44,649 nt of DNA, taken from a virus. The position numbers were made by a program, and so were the translations under genes. How positions within the stretch are numbered: the first letter of the stretch is position 1; each line of letters starts with the position of its first letter. The notes below the pieces were generated by a model. It saw nothing but the letters and a program-made list of their open reading frames with translations, had not been told where the DNA came from and made no database searches. Below are positions 39,001 to 44,649 of this stretch, piece by piece. The stretch lies in IMG/VR virus record IMGVR_UViG_3300009135_000004, positions 1 through 44,649 of that record; one strand, 5' to 3'.

Positions 39001-40661
39001 ATGCGGCGAAGGCGATGGGTGGTGAGATCGAACTTCGCACCGGCGTCGTTAATGCGATCCGGGAGCTGAACAAGACGGCTCAGTACAAGATTGATGTTGA
39101 TTCCGTGCTGACCCGGAAGACCCTTGTGGACGAGGCGACTGGCGAGACTGAGGACGTGATCCTCTTCAATCTCGATCCGCTCCGTGAAGCCATGGTCAAT
39201 GAGTTCCGCACGATGCGTGACAAGGGCGGTCTGATCCTAGACGAAGAGAACATGAGCCTTGCCTTCGAGCGTGACTGGGGTAAGGGCTCTGAGCTGGCCG
39301 AGAAGTACCCTGACCATGCCGCTCACTTCCGCGAGTTCGCTGAGAACCCTTTGTCGGCAACCTTTGCGACACGGGAGCAGATCGCCAAAGAAGACATCTT
39401 TGCTGGCAAGTTCTTGGATCAGGTGGTTGCTACGCTTCAGCACCGCCGAGACATCGCCGAGAACCCTGATAGCTGGCTACAGTCCAGACTCCCCGCCTTC
39501 ATCAAGAACGCTTCACACGCGATTCTCGGTGGCTTTGTCGGTATCGCTAATGTCGCAGACTTCCATCGCTCCATTGCGGAGTACGGCTTCAAGCGTGCCT
39601 TCAAGAATGAGTGGGGCTTGCTCATTAAGGACATCGAGGGCTTTGCTGCCCGAGGTGAAGCGACGGAAGAGATGGGCCTTGCCCTTGAGCACATTTACGC
39701 TGGCGTGGACCGTTCGCTACGGAACATGAGCGAGCACATCACACCGAAGACGAAGGCCGAGTCATTGGCTGAGTCCGGTGCGTCGTTGATGTCGCGGCTC
39801 AACGGCATGGACCGGATTACCAACGCCCACCAGAAGATGTTCTCGTCGAGTACGCAGGGCTTCATCTTGGACAACTTGGATGACTTCCTGCTGGACAACT
39901 TGGAAGTCAACGATAAGCTTCGGATGGAGCGACTTGGCTTGGGCGGCAAGCAGGCCCGCGAGGTCAAAGAGTGGCTGGAGTCTGGTGCGTTGAAGACGAC
40001 CAAGGGCGGTACAACCTACGCTGACATGAGCGTTCAAGGTGCTGGTCGGGAGCTTTACCTCGCTGCGGTGCAGAAGGGCGTGTACGCACTCCAGACCGTT
40101 CCGTCTCGTGACGAGATGTTCGACAAGCAAGTTCAGGGCTGGTGGGGCGTTCTCACGATGTACCGCAACTGGGTCACCGCTGCGAATAACCGTGTAGCGG
40201 GGACCGCCTTGAGCAACGCGGACTCGGCAATGATGTCGGGTCTGGCTGCTTCGGTTGGCCTTGGTGCTTTGATTACGACTGTCCGCTGGATGATCGGTGG
40301 TCAGCAGGGCGAGTCGCCTTGGTCTGATCCCGATCAATTTTTGCGTGACTCTCTGCTCTCAGGTGGTTATCTTGGTCTTGCCGGGGAAGCCGGTAACTTG
40401 GTTGCTCGTGCGACCAATGACAAGATCGACCCGCTGATCCTTGGCGAGGGCAACAAGGCTCGGTTCCACAGTCACGATACTGTGATGTCGGCAATGGGCG
40501 GACCCGTATGGCACTATCCTAGCTTCGTGACTAAGACGTTTGATGATACGACGCTGGACCGGCATGATTGGAACCGCATTTGGGGCATGGTTCCCTTCAA
40601 TAATCTCTTTTATGTAGACGGCCTCTGGAACCAGATGGGACTTACTGCCGATGGCGATTGA
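36042..40661 (+). CDS. Internal virion (core/ejection) protein D-like (T7 gp16 position), 1539 aa, with an HExxH motif
   Basis: Largest gene, in the gp16 slot. ATG 36042 overlaps the upstream stop. VVMHEIAHQ at 37971-37997, with HEIAH at 37980-37994. Confidence 0.55.
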   Translation: MSRLPAMPLGPIEAQQEAPFDVTEAAIAASQLAASRSRPDRQYDFGRRMGSSLYAGPDNRMGKMEATLEEGNFLVWGATSLQKYFARQFKSPDPHFNSQEAVSEAFGDGFLEKAERDFLVKSRSSAEMLERWNQVAHERERHEVLDSMSFGESLGLGLIAGVTDPTSYIPLFGQAGRVKNVSSMYRRASQLAARGPLGTKAARRYLIDSTSGGFKRGFWHGAAEAAVYEGAFQTVLRATSINKERVDEGFLPSIAMTAAFSGLFTGVGGAVSHRSARKQIGSRVQERLNPSMVPLIQASAKGLDALTPGQIGRGSGARVRAEHARIISESKLKAKDDLMALLRHTGMASDDVEASFLAQSILNKKPQWVAPVRTDGTIRSTSYELRAATLLAGEGAELQPKNLAAAKGALTRRINRLASDPETDPTLLEELRLQRKEMDQYGKALTEAEELTEASKDAVARNLNNPRPASDTATPEGLAREGVGESPAAKVAEVSGEARAAEFRQRLSDGYNGTFGITDLFRYAFGRGMFAAMDGRTVRIGFPRSLGAEYAEYAVKVRVVDDLDDDAGNWYGLFKPGNGKKPDQILVNYDRIIADYNELDSLNELVLPKGAGLRDDLSKIDISKIQNVNLKEFFSTPEEYADFVVMHEIAHQASKKFQTKAEGRFVDEGRGGYKHIKENGDWSDAKKAIEAHTNSTVMSWKRAADDLEAEGGAHVSEGYAHGPEPRGSSIVVNKGDGPTHGLVGSYIAQGWDKAKATKIAQWLRTTSPLARAATSPSLVLRTVVRHLTESPLYLNGSPVEGGAASMKVKYRYEQPVYKVYRKQEKLWKDISDNKGGKLKWEDYDSRIHRAIATGSDNVTDDFTSAVNEIAADYVKFNRKLELEGRGIGWVGRQVFPEGEGYYRRIYNMQAVEGPGFVKMLMGRGLDEDEAIAIRDSIRSNFGVPSDEFSAESSLRGALRKRNSTLAEIPYDELAPYLDTSAFRTQLNAAKAMGGEIELRTGVVNAIRELNKTAQYKIDVDSVLTRKTLVDEATGETEDVILFNLDPLREAMVNEFRTMRDKGGLILDEENMSLAFERDWGKGSELAEKYPDHAAHFREFAENPLSATFATREQIAKEDIFAGKFLDQVVATLQHRRDIAENPDSWLQSRLPAFIKNASHAILGGFVGIANVADFHRSIAEYGFKRAFKNEWGLLIKDIEGFAARGEATEEMGLALEHIYAGVDRSLRNMSEHITPKTKAESLAESGASLMSRLNGMDRITNAHQKMFSSSTQGFILDNLDDFLLDNLEVNDKLRMERLGLGGKQAREVKEWLESGALKTTKGGTTYADMSVQGAGRELYLAAVQKGVYALQTVPSRDEMFDKQVQGWWGVLTMYRNWVTAANNRVAGTALSNADSAMMSGLAASVGLGALITTVRWMIGGQQGESPWSDPDQFLRDSLLSGGYLGLAGEAGNLVARATNDKIDPLILGEGNKARFHSHDTVMSAMGGPVWHYPSFVTKTFDDTTLDRHDWNRIWGMVPFNNLFYVDGLWNQMGLTADGD

Positions 40662-41319
40662 AACAACAGTTCGTAAAGTCGTATTCGACGGCGATGGCTC
40701 GACCACCGCGTTCTCTGTTCCGTTCCGCTATATCGAGGACAGTCATGTCATCGTGCTCTTGGTCACCAAGTCCACTGGGGCTGAAGTTGAGCAGGTCATC
40801 ACGACCGACTACACGATCAGCGGGATTGGCCTCAAGGGGACGGCTGTCGTCACCATGGTTACGGCCCCGGCTTCGACTGAGCGGCTGACCATCTACCGCG
40901 ACACGGAGATTCTTCAGCCTTACGAGTTATTCGACAACGAGGCTCAGACCGCGACTGACGTGGAAGCGGCTCTCGACCGGATGACGATGATCCTTCAGGA
41001 GCTTGAAGAGGGTCTGACTCGAACGGTGAAGCGGACGATCACGCTTGAGGGGACTTCCCCGCCGTCCGAGAACCTCGCGGTGACCGACGTGTTCCTTGGG
41101 CGTATCACGGGCTCGCCGACCGGGACAGATCATCCGTTCCGGGAAGAGCAGCCTGTGTCTGGTGCTGCGACGAACCAAGAGCTGACTTCTGGCCGGTCTG
41201 GGACGCTGAAGTTCATCAATGGATGCGACACCAGTAAGAGCGGCGACTACGTCTTTGTGATTGAGATGCTTGATACCGACGGCAATACCGTTTACCGGAG
41301 CTGGCTCCCTGCGACATAA
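40651..41319 (+). CDS. Tail fibre protein 1 with T7 gp17-type N-terminal adaptor domain (222 aa)
   Basis: FDGDGSTTAFSVPFRYIEDSHVIVLLV....DYTI....VTMVTAPASTERLTIYRDTE follows the pattern of the T7 tail-fibre N-terminal domain. Confidence 0.6.
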   Translation: MAIETTVRKVVFDGDGSTTAFSVPFRYIEDSHVIVLLVTKSTGAEVEQVITTDYTISGIGLKGTAVVTMVTAPASTERLTIYRDTEILQPYELFDNEAQTATDVEAALDRMTMILQELEEGLTRTVKRTITLEGTSPPSENLAVTDVFLGRITGSPTGTDHPFREEQPVSGAATNQELTSGRSGTLKFINGCDTSKSGDYVFVIEMLDTDGNTVYRSWLPAT

Positions 41320-41322
41320 CGA

Positions 41323-43032
41323 ATGAGTGTTACCTATACATCTTGGAATCTCTCTGCGACGGGAGACGGCACAACAACTGACTTCCTTTGCGCGTTCCCC
41401 ATGATGCGTCTGGAAGACCTGAAGGTGTACGTCGATGACGTGCTCCTGACGAAGACGCGGGATTACACCGTCATCAATGTGACGAAGACCTCGGTTCACA
41501 CGATCAATCCGAACTTCTCGGTGAGCTTTGTGGAAGCCCCTGCGGTCGGTGCGAGTATCTACATCCGTCGTCAGACGCCCCGCCATAACAGCAATAAGCT
41601 CTACAGCGGCGACAAGTTCAAGCTGCCGGTGTTCGAGAACAACTACGACAACATCGTGATGATGGCGCAAGAGATCGGGGGGCTCATTCTGGAGGGGTTT
41701 CAGGGTCCGATCCCGGAAGACTACCCGATTGGCGAGTGGGAGCCTGATACGGACGTGAGCTTTTTCCCGGCTCAGGTGATGACGACTGCGGATAGCGGCC
41801 AGTATATCATTCGGGCTACGGCCCCTGCTGGCTCTGGGTGGGTGGAGAACTCCTTGCCCGTCATCGACCTCACAGCAGCCGAGATCAACGGCAGGACGGA
41901 CTTGGGCATCGGGGACATCGTCCTAGCCCTCCCGATAGAGAACTCGGCAGAGGGGCTCTCATGGCGATTTGTGGGCTCTACAGCGTGTACCCCTTATGGG
42001 GGAGGCTATCTAGAGGTGGCCCAGTGTAACTACACGAGCGTCGATCAGCCGGTCTATGTCCGTGACGATGAGTTCTCGGCCAACGACACGTTCCTGCTCA
42101 ATGCGGCTTGCTACATCGTTCTGTCCGATGTCCCGGCTTCCACGCCCGACCCCGGCTCTGTGATCCGCCTTGCTGACGTGACGAGCACGGCCAGTTGTGC
42201 GGCGTGCAATGGGGGCAACGATCTTCCGTGGCCCGATCCAGAGCAGCCGCCCGTTCCGCCGCTTCCTGCAAACTTGTTCAGGGACATGATCCGCTGCACG
42301 GACGATGACGACAGCGAGTATTCGCTTCCCATCGAGATCATGGGCGTCCCGGTGGGCGAGGACTTGACCAAGATTTACAGCCTTCCCACGGGCATCGGCG
42401 TCTCTGGCTACACCGGAGACTGTTACTACGTTGGCAATCAGGACTTCGCACAGCCGAATAACCCACTGTTCCCCGTCGGAGCAGCGGATGTCTATGACGA
42501 CTGCGAGACTTGCCCTGCCCCTGACTGCACCCCCGTAGACCCCGATGATGAATGCACCAACTGCGACGACGTGACGCCCTCGCAATACACCGTGACATTC
42601 AGTGGGATTTCTTTATGTGAAGCCTGCGTGGGTCCGCCATCTCGAAAGCTGTCGTGGGCCGGTGGCTTTGATACCCTTAACACGGCTCACGTTCTGTCTC
42701 AGGATACGAGTTGTAAGTGGGTAAAGACGTTGGCGGCGGCAGTTGTCGTGGAGTACGGGTCTTCTTGTACTGCCGATTCTGACACCGTTGACGTTTCGAT
42801 TGTGCTTGAAAAGACAGGCGCGACAACATGGAGATTGTACGCAATCACCGAACTAACAGTGCCAGGTCTTCTTGAGTTCGGCCTGTTTTATGACACGGAA
42901 ACGACTTCAAGTGGTGATTGCTCGACGGCTCAGGCGTTTAGCAATCAGCAATCAAGCTGCACAGGTGGCTCCGGCATTGGGCTGGATGGAGACGCCGCAA
43001 CCGGCGGCGATGCAACGGTGGTGTGCGTATGA
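41323..43032 (+). CDS. Tail fibre protein 2 with the same N-terminal domain and a Cys-rich C-terminal region (569 aa)
   Basis: ATGDGTTTDFLCAFPMMRLEDLKVYVDDVLLTKTRDYTV....ASIYIRRQTP. The C-terminal part is rich in C, D and P (CETCPAPDCTPVDPDDECTNCDD). Confidence 0.6.
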   Translation: MSVTYTSWNLSATGDGTTTDFLCAFPMMRLEDLKVYVDDVLLTKTRDYTVINVTKTSVHTINPNFSVSFVEAPAVGASIYIRRQTPRHNSNKLYSGDKFKLPVFENNYDNIVMMAQEIGGLILEGFQGPIPEDYPIGEWEPDTDVSFFPAQVMTTADSGQYIIRATAPAGSGWVENSLPVIDLTAAEINGRTDLGIGDIVLALPIENSAEGLSWRFVGSTACTPYGGGYLEVAQCNYTSVDQPVYVRDDEFSANDTFLLNAACYIVLSDVPASTPDPGSVIRLADVTSTASCAACNGGNDLPWPDPEQPPVPPLPANLFRDMIRCTDDDDSEYSLPIEIMGVPVGEDLTKIYSLPTGIGVSGYTGDCYYVGNQDFAQPNNPLFPVGAADVYDDCETCPAPDCTPVDPDDECTNCDDVTPSQYTVTFSGISLCEACVGPPSRKLSWAGGFDTLNTAHVLSQDTSCKWVKTLAAAVVVEYGSSCTADSDTVDVSIVLEKTGATTWRLYAITELTVPGLLEFGLFYDTETTSSGDCSTAQAFSNQQSSCTGGSGIGLDGDAATGGDATVVCV

Positions 43033-43355
43033 CTATCACCCTTAAACAGCTCAAGCCCCTAGCCTGCCATACCCGAGCCCACTGCCTCGCCTGCCGCACC
43101 GACGCAGATTGGCGTGAGCGGGTCACAGGCGTCCGCGACTTTGAATGCCCCCACAGGGTCTACTGGAACGGCAAACGTCTCAGGCGGCGTCTCCGGGGCT
43201 TGGGGGACGTGCTGGAGTGGGCTATCAAGAAGATGGGCTTCACGCAGCAGGCTGGCTGCGGGTGCAAGGCCCGTCAGGAGTGGGTCAACAAGTGGTTCCC
43301 CATCCCGAAATGGTTTCAGCGTTTCTTAGATTGGGTTTCGCGGCTCTGGAGTTAG
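43029..43355 (+). CDS. Cys-rich small protein (108 aa) with an amphipathic W/F-rich C-terminus
   Basis: ATGA-coupled. CH..HCLAC...C.H...GCGC cysteine/histidine clusters. Confidence 0.5.
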   Translation: MTITLKQLKPLACHTRAHCLACRTDADWRERVTGVRDFECPHRVYWNGKRLRRRLRGLGDVLEWAIKKMGFTQQAGCGCKARQEWVNKWFPIPKWFQRFLDWVSRLWS

Positions 43356-43358
43356 ATC

Positions 43359-44075
43359 ATGCAACGATTCATGTATTGCACGGACACGCACGGCGACAAG
43401 ATTGACCCTGCGGCACGGGCAGCGGCCCTGAAGTTCAGGGACACCTTCAAGCCCGAGATCAGGATCGACGGCGGGGACGTATTCGACTTCCGTGCTCTTC
43501 GTAAAGGGGCCAGTGACCTAGAGAAGTCTGAGGCAGTCAAGGAGGACGTGGCCGCTGGAGAGTCGTGGCTACGCGACTATGCTCCCACGCAGATGCTCTG
43601 GGGCAACCACGACGCCCGCATCTTGGACGCCATCGAGGAGAGTGACGGCGACCGGCGTGAGTATTACAAGCTGCTTTACAACGGCATCATGGATCAGCTT
43701 GACCTGATCGGATGCGAATCATTCCCATACGACATTGAGCGAGGCGTCTTCAAGTACGGAGACACCTCGTTTTTGCATGGGTACGGGGCTCAGATGCACG
43801 TCGCTTACCAGCTCGCCATGGAGTACGGCAACGCGGTGATGGGACACGTTCACCAGTTCCAAGAGTCACCGGCACGTCGCACGGACCGGGCCATAGGCCG
43901 GACCTGCGGGTGCATGTGCTTGTTAGACATGGGCTACAATCGACGCCGAACGGCATCGCTGCGATGGAATCAGGGCTTCTTCTACGGATGGAAGGACGAC
44001 AACGACGTGTTGTACTTCAACTCCATCAGGCCCATGGGCGGCGAGTGGCACATTCCCAAGGAGTTCCCGATCTAA
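43359..44075 (+). CDS. Calcineurin-like metallophosphoesterase (phage Ser/Thr phosphatase / NinI-like class)
   Basis: Ordered motifs CTDTHGD, DGGDVFD, WGNHD, LHGY and MGHVH. Confidence 0.75.
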   Translation: MQRFMYCTDTHGDKIDPAARAAALKFRDTFKPEIRIDGGDVFDFRALRKGASDLEKSEAVKEDVAAGESWLRDYAPTQMLWGNHDARILDAIEESDGDRREYYKLLYNGIMDQLDLIGCESFPYDIERGVFKYGDTSFLHGYGAQMHVAYQLAMEYGNAVMGHVHQFQESPARRTDRAIGRTCGCMCLLDMGYNRRRTASLRWNQGFFYGWKDDNDVLYFNSIRPMGGEWHIPKEFPI

Positions 44076-44350
44076 TGAGCAAGCTAACAGACATCGCCGC
44101 GAAGATCGACGACCTGCTCGAAGAGCACGACGCCTCAAGGCTTCCCACGCCCGGTGGTGAGTACGATCTGAAGTCCGGCTGGGCGAAGCGGCTGGGCATG
44201 TCCAAGGACAGCAGTAAGTTCAGCAGAGCTTGGGCCTTGTTGCTGGAGAGGGACTTGGTTGTCCCGGTAAAGGGCCAGAGCAGGCGAGGCGAGACGTGGC
44301 AGCGGCATACGCTCTACAAGTCAGCGTACCTTGCCAGCCAATGCGACTAA
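44075..44350 (+). CDS. Hypothetical protein (91 aa), last gene of the plus block
   Basis: TAATG-coupled ATG at 44075. Translation begins MSKLTDIAAKIDDLLEEHD... Confidence 0.5.
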   Translation: MSKLTDIAAKIDDLLEEHDASRLPTPGGEYDLKSGWAKRLGMSKDSSKFSRAWALLLERDLVVPVKGQSRRGETWQRHTLYKSAYLASQCD

Positions 44351-44366
44351 ATCTTTGAGACGGGTG

Positions 44367-44649
44367 TTACCGGCTGTCATCGTGACCCTTAGCCTCGCAA
44401 TCCTCGCAGTAGTACGGGCTGGGCGGCACGCACCTGTCGAACTCGGTTGGGCCTCCGCAGCCGGGGCAGGATAGGGGGTCTTGATCCTTGAGTTGGGCGA
44501 GGGCGGCATCCCTTTCAGCGGCGAACGCACACTGATCCTGCTCGCTACATTCACATGTTCGCTTTATATCTTGTAGCCGCCTCACTTCTTCCTCAAGCTC
44601 GGCGATGCGGGCGGCTTGCTCTAAAAATGCGTCAGCAAGCGGGATGTAA
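44367..44649 (-). CDS. C-terminal part of the wrap-around small protein (see 1..178); Cys-rich zinc-ribbon-like tail
   Basis: In frame with 1..178 across the circle. ...RTCECSEQDQC...AALAQLKDQDPLSCPGCGG...CEDCEAKG. Bases 44573-44649 duplicate 1-77. Confidence 0.6.
   Translation of the reverse strand, partial: YIPLADAFLEQAARIAELEEEVRRLQDIKRTCECSEQDQCAFAAERDAALAQLKDQDPLSCPGCGGPTEFDRCVPPSPYYCEDCEAKGHDDSR
44573..44649. repeat. Second copy of the 77-nt terminal overlap
   Basis: Identical to bases 1-77. Confidence 0.9.

Noticed and set aside
40927-41670. 247-aa minus-strand ORF across the two fibre genes
   Set aside because: It is antisense to two genes with conserved fibre N-terminal domains. 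Its translation is R/H/V-rich.
41323-43032. Diversity-generating retroelement targeting the fibre C-terminus
   Set aside because: No reverse transcriptase ORF and no template-repeat copy of the fibre 3' end was found anywhere in the genome.

Overview
The window is a complete, circularly closed genome of about 44.57 kb from a tailed phage. Bases 1-77 are identical to 44573-44649, and an ORF reads through that junction. No similarity search was possible, so every call rests on ORF structure, motifs read by eye and synteny.

Layout:
- Plus-strand late block, about 16.39-44.35 kb. It has T7-like podovirus virion synteny: TerL, portal, scaffold, major capsid, gp11- and gp12-like tubular proteins, gp13-16-like internal core proteins, and two fibres with a T7 gp17-type N-terminus. 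A roughly 5 kb accessory insert (23.4-28.5 kb) sits between the capsid and tail genes.
- Two minus-strand blocks, 15.4 to 5.6 kb and 5.19 kb through the origin to 44.37 kb. They encode a YqaJ-like exonuclease, a Rad52-like annealase, SSB, a Zn-ribbon/TOPRIM primase, a DUF1064 nuclease, an SLT lysozyme and many small ORFs.
- Neighbouring genes are typically coupled by 4-nt ATGA/GTGA/TTGA overlaps.
- I found no RNA polymerase, DNA polymerase, integrase, CRISPR array or reverse transcriptase.

Main finding: a four-gene ubiquitin-like conjugation cassette lies on the minus strand at 5623-9116. It comprises a beta-grasp Ubl, an E2/UBC-like protein, a JAB/JAMM protease and a ThiF/E1-like protein. 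These are the components of bacterial Bil-type Ubl operons, which are known as host anti-phage defence, but here the phage carries them.

Other oddities:
- A terminase small-subunit gene lies 11.5 kb from TerL and overlaps the E1 gene antisense by 227 nt.
- A paralogous small-ORF family shares near-identical gene-junction cassettes.
- About 1.9 kb (14.45-16.16 kb) is almost ORF-free and hairpin-rich.
- A degenerate tRNA-like element is present.
- The accessory insert includes a secreted ComEA-like protein and a protein with two sigma region-4-like HTH units.
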